Part shown: positions 18,620-28,356 of the stretch, piece by piece
Numbering within the stretch: the first letter of the stretch is position 1
Layout: each line of letters begins with the position of its first letter
Assembly: GCA_016793355.1 (NCBI GenBank)
Contig: JAEUMG010000084.1
Span: 24,376 to 88,375 of the forward strand
Direction: 5' to 3'
Source of the DNA: Hyphomicrobiales bacterium
GTDB taxonomy: Bacteria > Pseudomonadota > Alphaproteobacteria > Rhizobiales > Aestuariivirgaceae
Length of the DNA: 64,000 nt
Translations under genes and position numbers: made by a program
Notes under the pieces: model-generated
Seen by the model: only the letters and a program-made list of their open reading frames with translations
Databases searched by the model: none
Told to the model about the DNA's origin: nothing

Positions 18620-18694
18620 CAAGTTTCTTCCTTCTGGACGTGGGATCGCCAAGCTTGCGGAGACGACCCGAGGCCAAATGCGTGCTGTGGGTTT

Positions 18695-21361
18695 CTAGAA
18701 AACTGGATCGCGCTTGGCGCGGAACGCTGCAAGTCCCTTGGCGAGATCGCTACCCCTGATATGCTCCGCGAAGCTCTCCAGTTCGGCACGGATGCGTGCC
18801 GCGCGTGCGGTGCTTTGATTGGCTGGACGGGTCAACGCCTTGATCTGTCGAATGGCTTCCGGGCTTCGCCGGCAAATATCGTGGGCTATCTGCATTACTC
18901 TTTCCGTGAGACGTTCCCTTGGCACAACCTCGTTGACCAGGCCCCACTCCATAAGTGTCTCCGCTTCGACGAGAGTTCCAGTGTAGAAAAGCTGGGCGGC
19001 ATGCGATGGTTTTATTCGCTCGGCGAGCCTCACGGTCGCCCCGCCGGCAGGGACGATACCGTATTTGGCATGCCCATCGCCGATCTTCACACCTTCCACG
19101 GCGATGATCAGGTCACAGGCGAGGAGGAGTTCCAGGCCGCCGGCAACCGCTACGCCGTTTACAGCGCCGATGACCGGCACCGGCATGTCCTCGACCATCT
19201 GGATGACGTCCTGGTTGTGGCGCAGTGTGTCGATCAGCTTCGTCCCGCCGGCCTTCAGCATCATCTCGAATTCGATTAGGTCGCCACCCGCGCAGAAGGC
19301 ACGCCCGGCACCGGACAGGATCACGACGCGCAATCCCGGTAGATCCGCGACAGCACGGAGCCGGCGTTCGAGCGAATGCATCATCGCCTCGGAAGCCGCG
19401 TTCAGACTTTCGGGCCGGTCGAGCGTCAGGATGGCGACGCCGTTCTCAAATTCGAGCCGAACGGACTCTGCAGCCTGCTCGACGCTGCCCCGCACGAGAT
19501 AGGTCTGCGGCAGCGGCTTCAGGGTCTCTTCCAGTTCTGCGATCTGGCTATCCGCTGCACCTAAGAGCACGACCTCGACAAGCGTCCGCTTGCGCCCGTC
19601 CGTCGCGATATCGATCGTTGCCGATACGCTCCTACCGCAGATCCGTTCCGCCTCGAGCCGGACTTTCTCCTTGATCGCCAGGTCGCGGAGAGCCGGCTTG
19701 AAAATCTTGCCAACGGCGGTCACCGGAAGAGCGTCGATGATCAGAACACTCCTCGGTCGCGCGGGCGGTTCATGGACATTGGCTTCCAGATGGGCCTTCA
19801 GCGCCTCGAGATTTATCTGCGAGCCTGGCGCCGGCACGACGAAGAGCGTCGGGACTTCGCCGGCATATTGGTCCGGCATGCCGACGGCTGCACTGATTTG
19901 CACGCCGGGAAAATGGTTCGCCACGTCCTCGATCGCGGCCGGATCGATATTGTGGCCGCTCCTGATAATCAGGTCCTTCTCGCGCCCTGTGAGCGCGAGC
20001 CTTTCGTCATCGGTCAGGTATCCGACGTCGCCGGTCGTCAGCCAGCCATCATCGGCGAGCGTGCCGATATTGTGAACGGGATCGACATAGCCGGGAAAGA
20101 CCTGCGGCCCGCGCACCTGCACAAGACCGGTTTCGCCCGGCGCGCAGGGCGCATTGTTGTCGACGCCAAGCCGGACGATCCGCGTTTGCGAGAATGGTGC
20201 GCGAAAGCCGACGCTTCCCGCAAGCGGGGTGCCCCGGCCGGGATTGAAGGCGATGGCCGCCGCCGTCTCGGTCATCCCGTAGGTCTCGAACAGGCGTATT
20301 CCGGTCGCCGTTTCAAATCTTTCGCCGACCGCCTTTGGCAACACCGCGCCGCCGGTTACGGCCATCCTCACTGTGGACACGTCGGCCCCTGGCCTCCAGC
20401 TGTTTGTGAGCGCCGCAATCGAAGTAGGCACACCGCCGACGACCGTGGCGCCAAAATGCTCGACCAATTGCCAATAGGCATCGAGGACGGCCGGCGGCCG
20501 CAAGCCCCAGGGAGACGGCACGAGAACGTGACCGCCCGCCGCGAGCACGGATAGCCCGACCGTCATCGTCCCGCCGACATGGAAGAAAGGGAAACCGTTG
20601 ATAACGATGTCGTGCTCGTCGTATCCGAACACCTGCGCGAAGCCGAAGGCGGCATGGATCTGGTTGCCGTGGGTGAGCTGCACGAGCTTCGGCTGACCCG
20701 TCGTGCCGCCGGTGTGGAACAGCGCACATACCGTATCGCGATCCGCCGACGGTTCGAAGTCGAGCCCATCGGTCCGGCTTTGAGCCAGTGCCTCCTCGAG
20801 GTTCCGATATCCTCGGCGTCCCTCGCCGTCTCCGCCGATGACAAATACGTCGGTCAGCGTCGGCACCTGCGCGAGCACGCTCTCCGCCTTCGCCCAGCAG
20901 GTCTCATCCAGCGACCGTGCCGGGACAACGAGTATTGTCGCCTTTTCGGCGTTCAGAAGATCAATGATCGCGTCGCGGCTCAACAGGTAGTTCAGCGAAC
21001 TCGCAACGCCCGCCACCTGTGCTCCAAGCAGCAATGCCGGAACTGCCGGCAGCGTCGGCGACAGGAAAGCGACCATGCCATTTCCCGGCGAAGCGCCGAG
21101 CTTGCGGAACATGTTTGCGGCACAGGTGATCTGGGCGAGAAGCTGGCGATGGGTGAGTGCGACACCGATATCCACTGGGTCTGGCGAGCGCAGCACCGTC
21201 AGGGCCTTGCGGTCGCCGCCGTACCGCGCAGTCGCCAGGAACAAATCATAGAGATTGCGCGCGGTGACCAACTCGTCATAGGGCAGGCTCTCGATTGCGA
21301 CGATATCTTCGATCGTTCGCACGTCGATGACCGGACGCGTGGTCTTGAGCACGCGCTCCAT
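18695..21361 (-). CDS. acyl-CoA synthetase (AMP-binding) fused to a crotonase/enoyl-CoA hydratase-isomerase family domain
   Basis: Start at MERVLKTT (ATG 21361, 1-nt overlap with the upstream stop). Contains AMP motif LFHTGGTTGQPK and TGDVGY. The C-terminal ~265 aa carry FCAGGDL and AGGLELLLACD crotonase motifs. Confidence 0.8.
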   Translation of the reverse strand: MERVLKTTRPVIDVRTIEDIVAIESLPYDELVTARNLYDLFLATARYGGDRKALTVLRSPDPVDIGVALTHRQLLAQITCAANMFRKLGASPGNGMVAFLSPTLPAVPALLLGAQVAGVASSLNYLLSRDAIIDLLNAEKATILVVPARSLDETCWAKAESVLAQVPTLTDVFVIGGDGEGRRGYRNLEEALAQSRTDGLDFEPSADRDTVCALFHTGGTTGQPKLVQLTHGNQIHAAFGFAQVFGYDEHDIVINGFPFFHVGGTMTVGLSVLAAGGHVLVPSPWGLRPPAVLDAYWQLVEHFGATVVGGVPTSIAALTNSWRPGADVSTVRMAVTGGAVLPKAVGERFETATGIRLFETYGMTETAAAIAFNPGRGTPLAGSVGFRAPFSQTRIVRLGVDNNAPCAPGETGLVQVRGPQVFPGYVDPVHNIGTLADDGWLTTGDVGYLTDDERLALTGREKDLIIRSGHNIDPAAIEDVANHFPGVQISAAVGMPDQYAGEVPTLFVVPAPGSQINLEALKAHLEANVHEPPARPRSVLIIDALPVTAVGKIFKPALRDLAIKEKVRLEAERICGRSVSATIDIATDGRKRTLVEVVLLGAADSQIAELEETLKPLPQTYLVRGSVEQAAESVRLEFENGVAILTLDRPESLNAASEAMMHSLERRLRAVADLPGLRVVILSGAGRAFCAGGDLIEFEMMLKAGGTKLIDTLRHNQDVIQMVEDMPVPVIGAVNGVAVAGGLELLLACDLIIAVEGVKIGDGHAKYGIVPAGGATVRLAERIKPSHAAQLFYTGTLVEAETLMEWGLVNEVVPRERLTERVMQIAHDICRRSPEAIRQIKALTRPANQSTARAARIRAELESFAEHIRGSDLAKGLAAFRAKRDPVF

Positions 21362-22857
21362 CAGTGGACCGCGGCGTACATGATGGTTTCCTCGTCGGCC
21401 TTGTGGCCTTCGAACTCTTCGACGATCCGGCCCTGCCGGCATACCAGAATGCGATCGGAGAGTTGCAGAACCTCCGGCAAATAGGACGAGATCACCATCA
21501 CCGCGATGCCCTGGTCCGCGAGATGGTTGATAAGCTGGTGGATTTCGGCGATTGCGCCAACGTCGACTCCGCGGGTCGGCTCGTCGAAGATGATCAGCTT
21601 CGGCTTCTGCACCAGCGCCTTGGCGACCACAACCTTCTGCTGATTGCCGCCGGACAATTCGATAACGCGCGCATCGGCGTTGATGGTCTTGACGTTCAAT
21701 CGCGCGACCCATTCGTTCGCCATCGCTCGCATCTCGCGCATGCTGACGATGGCAGACTTCGCCTGCCCGCCGGCCATGGCCGCGAGATAGATATTCTCGG
21801 CGATCGACATAGTCTCGAAGAAGCCTTCGATCTTGCGGTCCTCGGTCACATAGATGATGCCGTCGCGAACCGCCGAGCGGGGTACCCGATAGCGCACTGG
21901 TCGGCCATTGAGGCGTATCTGGCCGCCATGGAAGAGATCGCGCTTCAAAACGCCGGCGACGACCTTTGCCGCCTCGGTGCGACCTGAGCCGATAAGACCG
22001 AAGATGCAGGTGATCTGCGCCGCAAAGACCGAGAAGGATGTGTTGCGCACCATATTGCCCATGGAGAGATTCTGCACGCTCAGAACCTTTTCACCGGCCG
22101 GGCGCACGCTGCGGTCCTTGTTCGATCCGTATAGTTCGCCGGTGAGCGTGCGGCCCACCATGGCGCGCACGATCTTCTCGCGGTCGAAGGCCGCCGTAAC
22201 CTCGGTCACCACATGCTCGCCGTCGCGCATCACGGTGATGCGGTCGGCGATGGCGAGCGCCTCCTCCAGGGCGTGGCTGATGAAGATGATCGAGACGCCG
22301 CGCTGTTTCAGGCGTTTGACGAGCGAGAAGAACTGGTGCTTTTCCTCGGGCGTGAGTGTCGCCGTCGGCTCGTCGAAAATGATCACCTGGGCATTGTGGT
22401 GCACCGCGCGTGCGATCTCGACCATCTGCTTCTGGCCGGCGCCAAGGCTCGACACCATCGCGGTCGGATCGACGGGAAAGTTGAGCGACTGGAGGAACTG
22501 CTGGCCGGCTATGTAGATGCCGCGCAATCTGTGGAAGCGCTTGTTGTCGGTGAGATAGATGTTCTGCGCGACGGTAAGCGAAGGCACGAGACTGGTCTCC
22601 TGGTAGACCATAGCAATGCCGCGCTTCAGCGCTTCAGACGGCGAGCGAAATTCGGCCCTTGCCCCGTTTATCCAAATCTCGCCGGTGGTGGGCTGGACGA
22701 CTCCGGCGATCATCTTGGTCAATGTCGACTTGCCAGCGCCGTTCTCGCCGAGCAATGCATGTACCTCGCCGCGATGAAGCGTGAAGGACACGTCCTTTAC
22801 CGCCGCGACACCGCGATATTCTTTCGTCGCTTTGCGGATATCGACGATCGGCGTCAC
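21361..22857 (-). CDS. sugar (CUT2, RbsA-like) ABC transporter ATP-binding protein, tandem NBD
   Basis: 498 aa; Walker [10 protein letters not shown] plus degenerate second GLIGSGRTE; GTG start overlapping the upstream stop (GTGA). Confidence 0.9.
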   Translation of the reverse strand: MTPIVDIRKATKEYRGVAAVKDVSFTLHRGEVHALLGENGAGKSTLTKMIAGVVQPTTGEIWINGARAEFRSPSEALKRGIAMVYQETSLVPSLTVAQNIYLTDNKRFHRLRGIYIAGQQFLQSLNFPVDPTAMVSSLGAGQKQMVEIARAVHHNAQVIIFDEPTATLTPEEKHQFFSLVKRLKQRGVSIIFISHALEEALAIADRITVMRDGEHVVTEVTAAFDREKIVRAMVGRTLTGELYGSNKDRSVRPAGEKVLSVQNLSMGNMVRNTSFSVFAAQITCIFGLIGSGRTEAAKVVAGVLKRDLFHGGQIRLNGRPVRYRVPRSAVRDGIIYVTEDRKIEGFFETMSIAENIYLAAMAGGQAKSAIVSMREMRAMANEWVARLNVKTINADARVIELSGGNQQKVVVAKALVQKPKLIIFDEPTRGVDVGAIAEIHQLINHLADQGIAVMVISSYLPEVLQLSDRILVCRQGRIVEEFEGHKADEETIMYAAVH

Positions 22858-23933
22858 GCTTCGGCTCCTCCGAGAGGCGTGACGGGAAGCGACACGACGA
22901 CGCCGTCGCCACAGGCCGCAATGAAAACCTGTCCATCATGCTCGGCAACACTAGTCACGCCATGCGTCCGGCCGTCCGCGCGGCTGTGCAGGCTGGCACG
23001 CGGCTGAAACGCCCGGTCGAGCTTCACGCAAAGGCCGGCCGACATTGTCGGCGCCCACGGCTTGAGCAAGCCCAGATGCTTCACGCCGCCGCCCTGCAGC
23101 GACTCGCAAAAGCTGCGGCCGGATCGGAGTTTCGGCGCCACCCAAAATGCTTGCGGCACCTCGGCCATCATGCGCCTGCGGTAGGCGGACTCGCGCAAGA
23201 CGAATTCGACGAGTTGGCTGCGCGGCGCAAAAAGCGCCAGCCAATAACCATCCGTGGCGGGAGCGATCCGGCCCGGATAGGCCGGGAGGTCGGCGTAGAG
23301 CACCTTGAATCCTCTTTGATCGATCCTGACAAGCTGGTGCTTCCAAGCCTCGGAGAAGACCGGTCCTTCGGCGTCCGGGGCAAGGCCGGCCGGCCAGGCG
23401 AGACCATCGGCGAGCCGGGTGAATGTCCCGCTTTCGAGGTCGAGGCGCCAGACACTGCCGGAAGCATTGCGCTCAAGAAGATCGCGCTGCCAGTCAGCAG
23501 GGCCATTCTTCGCCGAACCATTGGCGATGTAGAGTTCGGAGTCTGTGCCGGCCATCGCGGTCATGCACGCAAGCGGTTGGGCGGGCTTGTAGCGGCGCCC
23601 GCCAAAGCAGCCACCTTCGATGACGATCTCGCCAGTGGCGAGTGCTATGGCGAGACATTCTTTGCCGATCGCGGCCAGACACAGGATTTCCGCATCGTAT
23701 TCGCTACGTTTATGCCATCGGCCTTGATCGAAGCGATGGATCGCTCTTCCCGAAGACGCCAGGACTTCGCTCGAAACCATTGCAAGACTGTCGACGCCGG
23801 CAAGCGGGAAGCGCGCCGCAGCCTCATCGAGCGCACGGTTCGGCCTGAATGCTCCGTCGAGCGGCGGCACGGTGACCGCAGCTTCTCCGCGGCCGAACAG
23901 ATTGTCGAAGGCGCGGGAGAATTCGACGATCAT
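22854..23933 (-). CDS. strictosidine synthase-like / SMP-30-like beta-propeller protein (free paralogue)
   Basis: 359 aa from [27 protein letters not shown] and [12 protein letters not shown] parallel LPGYPDNINRASDGSYWLAL and FAETWACRVSRY of the fused domain upstream. ATGA overlap at 23930-23933. Confidence 0.7.
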   Translation of the reverse strand: MIVEFSRAFDNLFGRGEAAVTVPPLDGAFRPNRALDEAAARFPLAGVDSLAMVSSEVLASSGRAIHRFDQGRWHKRSEYDAEILCLAAIGKECLAIALATGEIVIEGGCFGGRRYKPAQPLACMTAMAGTDSELYIANGSAKNGPADWQRDLLERNASGSVWRLDLESGTFTRLADGLAWPAGLAPDAEGPVFSEAWKHQLVRIDQRGFKVLYADLPAYPGRIAPATDGYWLALFAPRSQLVEFVLRESAYRRRMMAEVPQAFWVAPKLRSGRSFCESLQGGGVKHLGLLKPWAPTMSAGLCVKLDRAFQPRASLHSRADGRTHGVTSVAEHDGQVFIAACGDGVVVSLPVTPLGGAEA

Positions 23934-26044
23934 GCCCGGCCCCAGTAGGACCGCTGTCCTGTCCAACCGGCATCGACGCCCGCGAGTTTCAGCCGGCCGA
24001 CGCGGTTGTTCAGGATGCCACCGATATAGAGATACCCCTTGTGCTCCCGCATGGAGGTGATCATCGGATGATTTTCGCCACCAAGATCCCACAGCGTTTC
24101 AATGATGCGGCCGGTCTCGTCAAAGCGCAGCACGCAACCTGTATTGATGTTAGGATACATCCACTCGTCCGGCGCAATTCGTCGTGCCATGCGCTTGCGA
24201 AAGCCCGGCATCTTTAGCGCCAAATCGAGGGCCGGCGTCCGCATGCCGACCAGTGCCAGCCAGTAGCTACCGTCAGAAGCGCGGTTGATGTTGTCGGGAT
24301 AGCCCGGCAAGTCGGCGATCACCGTTTCGACCTGCCTCTGCTTCGGCCCATCGAACCAATAGCGGCTGACGCGGCAGGCCCAGGTCTCTGCGAACAGGAA
24401 CGATTGGCCATCGAGAGTCATGCAGATGCCATTCGGGAAGAGGAGATTCTTCAATACCGTGCGCGTCACACCGGTGCTCGGGTTGAAGCAGATGATGCGG
24501 CCATTGCCACGCGATTCCAGGCAGTCGACCGGCCATTCGTGCATCTCATAGCGGATAGTCGCCTCGCTGAAGAAGACGCGCCCATCGGGCGCGATGTCGA
24601 GATCGTCGGCAAGCCGCAATCGCGAATCGTCGATAACCGAAAACCAGGAGCGATTCGTCTCATCGGTGAGCTTCTCAATCTTGCGGTCGCGCGTGATGCG
24701 ATAGAGACCCATGCCACCGATGCAGCAGAGCAGCGAGCCATCGCGAGCGAACGCCATGCCGAGCGGCCGGCCACCCACATGGGCGAAGACCTCCTGCCGC
24801 GAATAGTCGGGTGCATGGAAGCGCACGATGTCGCCGGTGCGGTTGCCGGCATAGATGTTGTCGTCCTCGTCGAGAATGACGTCTTCCGGCCCGTCGATGC
24901 GGTTAAGTCCGATCGCCTCGACCGGCCGCAATCGGTCATTCAGTGCATATGGCGATTCTCCCTCCGTTGCCGGTGCGGGCGGCAGTTCTGCATAGGTTGG
25001 CGACACGTAGACCTTCGAGAGAAGCTTGTGCCGGTTCTTCAGCCAGCGCACGTCAATTGCGACCGCCGCCAGAAGAATAATGCCGAGCAGTAGCGAACTG
25101 CCTCCTCTAGTGATGCCCAGACGCACCAGACCGTTGACCATGATCATGACGATGATTGAGCCCATGATCGCCTTGGCCGCGGAGCCGCGACCGCCGCCGA
25201 GGCTGTTTCCGCCCAGCACTGCGGCGGTCAGGGCAGCGATTTCAAGCCCAACCCCGGTATCGGCGCCCGCGCCGCCCAGTCGCGATGCGAAGAGCAGGCC
25301 TGCAAGTGCACTCAGCGTTCCCGACACGACATAGGTTGCACAGATGACGCGGCGCACCGAAATGCCGACATTATGCGCCGAGCGCCGCGAGCCGCCAGTT
25401 GCGAGCACATGCCAGCCGGCGCGCGACCGCGTCAATACGAGGTGAGCAACAATGGCGACGATCGCGGCGACGACGACGCTAAACGGAAGTCCCAGGACAT
25501 ATCCCTCGCCGAGATAGTACCAGAAATCGGAATCAACGAATGCGGCGGCGATCGCGACGGAATATTTCAAGAGCAGCATGTCGACCACTGCCCTGACGAT
25601 AATCAGTGTGACCAGCGTGGTGAGGAAAGCGCGCAGGCGCAGATAGCCGACGAGCAGTCCGTTCACCAGGCCGACCGCCGCGCCGCAGGCCAGCGTGCCC
25701 ACGATGACCGCCGCCACGGGCCACTCGGCCACATTGAGCAGAGCGAGCGCGACGATGTTGCCGAGTGCGAAGGTGGACCCGACGCTCAAATCGATGCCGC
25801 CCGCCACCATCACGATCATCAGCGCCAGGACGATCAAGGCGAACTCGCCCCATTGCCGCATCAGGCTGGAGATGCTTGCTGGGCCGAAGAAATCGGGAAT
25901 CAGCGACCCGAATACGAGGGCGACCGCGAGAAGGATGAGCAGCGGGATCGCGTTGTCGACCCAGCGCTTGGTCAGGATCTCGCCAAGGAGGTGATCGGGC
26001 ACGTAGCGGTAGCGCCAGCGTGTAATCCTGTCTGATACAGCCAT
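23930..26044 (-). CDS. CUT2 ABC permease (RbsC-like) fused to a C-terminal strictosidine synthase-like beta-propeller
   Basis: Residues ~1-348 are a polytopic RbsC-type permease ending in RWLKNRHK. Residues ~376-711 carry GRPLGMAF, NGRIICFNPSTG, LLFPNGICMTLDGQSFLFAETW and LPGYPDNI motifs of the SSL/APMAP family. Start uncertain (ATG 26044 or TTG 26065). Confidence 0.8.
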   Translation of the reverse strand: MAVSDRITRWRYRYVPDHLLGEILTKRWVDNAIPLLILLAVALVFGSLIPDFFGPASISSLMRQWGEFALIVLALMIVMVAGGIDLSVGSTFALGNIVALALLNVAEWPVAAVIVGTLACGAAVGLVNGLLVGYLRLRAFLTTLVTLIIVRAVVDMLLLKYSVAIAAAFVDSDFWYYLGEGYVLGLPFSVVVAAIVAIVAHLVLTRSRAGWHVLATGGSRRSAHNVGISVRRVICATYVVSGTLSALAGLLFASRLGGAGADTGVGLEIAALTAAVLGGNSLGGGRGSAAKAIMGSIIVMIMVNGLVRLGITRGGSSLLLGIILLAAVAIDVRWLKNRHKLLSKVYVSPTYAELPPAPATEGESPYALNDRLRPVEAIGLNRIDGPEDVILDEDDNIYAGNRTGDIVRFHAPDYSRQEVFAHVGGRPLGMAFARDGSLLCCIGGMGLYRITRDRKIEKLTDETNRSWFSVIDDSRLRLADDLDIAPDGRVFFSEATIRYEMHEWPVDCLESRGNGRIICFNPSTGVTRTVLKNLLFPNGICMTLDGQSFLFAETWACRVSRYWFDGPKQRQVETVIADLPGYPDNINRASDGSYWLALVGMRTPALDLALKMPGFRKRMARRIAPDEWMYPNINTGCVLRFDETGRIIETLWDLGGENHPMITSMREHKGYLYIGGILNNRVGRLKLAGVDAGWTGQRSYWGRA

Positions 26045-26071
26045 TTCTTTCTGCTCGGATCGCAAATGCGG

Positions 26072-26095
26072 CGCGGGCGGCTTTCGCCGCCCGCG
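26072..26095 (-). promoter_or_regulatory. intercistronic GC-rich stem-loop (9-bp perfect stem, 6-nt loop)
   Basis: CGCGGGCGG-CTTTCG-CCGCCCGCG located between the SBP stop (26109) and the next permease start; no U-tract. Confidence 0.35.
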
Positions 26096-26108
26096 TCCTG
26101 GCGGAGGA

Positions 26109-27107
26109 CTACTTCTTCGCCGGCAGATCCCAACACGACGCTGGCGTCATGTTGTCCTTCGTCAGGAAGGTCAGCGGCGTGAACAATGTTGTCTTGGTCG
26201 TGCCCGCCGGCTGCTTCAATTGCAGCAATTGTTTGATCATGGTCGCCATGTCGCGGGCCTGGCCCGGAACGAAGTAGACAACCACTTCGGAATAAGTGCC
26301 ATTGGCGAGACCGTCACAGGCCATTCGGTTGCCGCCGCCCTGGGTGAGCAGGTAGACGTTCTTGCCGGACTCCTTGATCGCCGCCGCCGTGCCGACGTCC
26401 ATGACGTCCCAGAAGCCGGTAATGGCGCAGAGGTCCGGGTTCTGCTGGATAACGGTCGCCGCGATGTTCTTGGCCTTGGTCGCATCCCAGTCCGCTGCCT
26501 GGTTCGAGACAAGCTGAATTTCGGGGTGCTTCGACAGGACATTGCTGATGCCCTGCATCTGGTAGATGCTCGCCGCTGCCGTCAGCACGCCCTGGGTGAT
26601 CGCCACCTTGCCGCTGCCGCCATTGGCGGGTGAGCATACGTCGACTAGCCGTTGTCCGATCTTTTCGCCCATGCCGACATAATCAGCGCCGACGAAGACA
26701 TCGGTCGAGTAACTGGAGCGCATGTTGACTTGCACGACATAGATGCCCGCTTCCTCGGCCTTCTTAAGCAATCGCGCGTAGGACTGGACGTCTGGATTGT
26801 GCACGACGATCACATCGGGTTTTTCGGAGATGAGCGACGTGATCGCCTGAGCGCCGGCATCGGTGCTCCAATTGGGATCGCGGATATCGAAGGTGACGCC
26901 AAGCGGTTCCAGCGCCTCCTTGAGGCCGGCGGCCCAGCCCTCGGTCAGATCGAATCCCATGGCCACAGGTACATAGGCCACCTTTTTGCCGATGAACGAT
27001 TCGTAGTACGGCGCACGCGTCGGGTCGTCGATACCTTCCTGCGCCACCGCGACGCCAGTCGATAGAGTAAGAGCCGCGGCGATTATACTTGTCTTGATCA
27101 GCTTCAT
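26109..27107 (-). CDS. periplasmic sugar-binding protein, ribose/CUT2 type
   Basis: 332 aa; signal peptide MKLIKTSIIAAALTLSTGVAVAQ; strong GGAGGAG Shine-Dalgarno sequence; Peripla_BP_1/4-like sequence. Confidence 0.9.
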   Translation of the reverse strand: MKLIKTSIIAAALTLSTGVAVAQEGIDDPTRAPYYESFIGKKVAYVPVAMGFDLTEGWAAGLKEALEPLGVTFDIRDPNWSTDAGAQAITSLISEKPDVIVVHNPDVQSYARLLKKAEEAGIYVVQVNMRSSYSTDVFVGADYVGMGEKIGQRLVDVCSPANGGSGKVAITQGVLTAAASIYQMQGISNVLSKHPEIQLVSNQAADWDATKAKNIAATVIQQNPDLCAITGFWDVMDVGTAAAIKESGKNVYLLTQGGGNRMACDGLANGTYSEVVVYFVPGQARDMATMIKQLLQLKQPAGTTKTTLFTPLTFLTKDNMTPASCWDLPAKK

Positions 27108-27132
27108 GTTTCTCCTCCCATTGAGAACAAGT

Positions 27133-28107
27133 CTAGATGTCCCCCTGTTGAGCGGTCTGCTCGTCGCGGGGGTTAAGGATCGTGTCGATCATGATCGCGG
27201 TTAGTAGGATGATGCCCTTGATGACATTCTGGACGGTGTACTGGATGTCCATGATCGTCATTCCGTTGAGCAGAACGCCGATGAGCAGTGTGCCGACGAT
27301 AACGTTGCGGATATTGCCTTTGCCGCCGGAAAGACCGATGCCGCCCAGCACGACGACCAGGATCACGTCATAGACGTAGGTCGAGATGGCGAGGCGTGTA
27401 TTCATGCTCGCCACCGAACCGGCAGTGACGATGCCGGCAATGTAGCCGATGAGCGACGAAAGGACATATTGCAGGACGATGATCGGGCGCGCGGGCACGC
27501 CGGCTACCCGCGCAGCGAGGAGATTATCCCCGATTGCGCGCAAGTAACGGCCTGAGCGCGCATAGCGCAGAAATAGGTACCCGACCAGGCAGACGACTGC
27601 GAAGACGAAGATCGGCACCGGAATGCCGAAGAGCTTTCCCTGGCCGAGCCACAGGATCTGCAGCGCCGAGTCGGGCATGTAGACGACGTCGAGATCAAAG
27701 AGGAAGTAGCGGCCAAAGCCATAGACCAGCGTGCCCATGGCGAGCGTCGCAAAAATCGCAGGCACCTCGACATAGCCGACCAGCCATCCGTTTACCGCGC
27801 CGATGAACAGGCTGAAGACGAGTCCGATGGCAAGAGCTTCTGCCAACGGCATGTCACGCCCGATCAAGGACAGCGTCCAGGCCACAGACACGGCCATCAG
27901 CGAGACCAGCGAAAGGTCGATGCCACGGCCGATCACCACCAGGCCCATCGCTACGCCGAGGATTCCCAGGATGGAAACGCTGCGCACGAGGTTCAGGATG
28001 TTGTCGGCGGTCAGGAATCCAGGCAGCGCAACCGCAAATAGAATGCACAACAACAACGCCAGACCGAAGACGATCCGCTCCTGGCTCAGACCGGCGAAGA
28101 CCTGCAT
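27133..28107 (-). CDS. CUT2 ABC permease (RbsC-like)
   Basis: Polytopic membrane ORF; ATG 28107 preceded by GGGAGGGGG. Confidence 0.85.
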   Translation of the reverse strand: MQVFAGLSQERIVFGLALLLCILFAVALPGFLTADNILNLVRSVSILGILGVAMGLVVIGRGIDLSLVSLMAVSVAWTLSLIGRDMPLAEALAIGLVFSLFIGAVNGWLVGYVEVPAIFATLAMGTLVYGFGRYFLFDLDVVYMPDSALQILWLGQGKLFGIPVPIFVFAVVCLVGYLFLRYARSGRYLRAIGDNLLAARVAGVPARPIIVLQYVLSSLIGYIAGIVTAGSVASMNTRLAISTYVYDVILVVVLGGIGLSGGKGNIRNVIVGTLLIGVLLNGMTIMDIQYTVQNVIKGIILLTAIMIDTILNPRDEQTAQQGDI

Positions 28108-28356
28108 CCTGCCCCCTCCCATGGGCCAAGCACATCAACCTCGAGGTCGATGGCGGGAGAGGGAGACTATCCGGGCTGCCCGCGAAACTCTTTTCCGATG
28201 GCGCAGTAGTCTTGCCTGAGCGTGCAGTACTTGCTCCGCAGCAGGTATATGGGCTAGTAATTGCGGGTCCCAGAGGTTGAAGCCGTGAGCGAGACGATCG
28301 AGTTTCGCCTGAAAAATGGCCGGCTCGGGACCTGTGACCACGGGTGGGAGGAGCCC

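Noticed and set aside
21362-21712. 117-codon N-terminal extension of the acyl-CoA synthetase fusion ORF (and similar extensions at 4049-4336, 23934-24092, 31025-31114, 37285-37356, 47522-47602 and 48576-48665)
   Set aside because: The extensions overlap the 3' ends of upstream genes, are Arg-rich, and precede internal ATGs that give canonical family N-termini, often with stop/start overlaps or a Shine-Dalgarno sequence.
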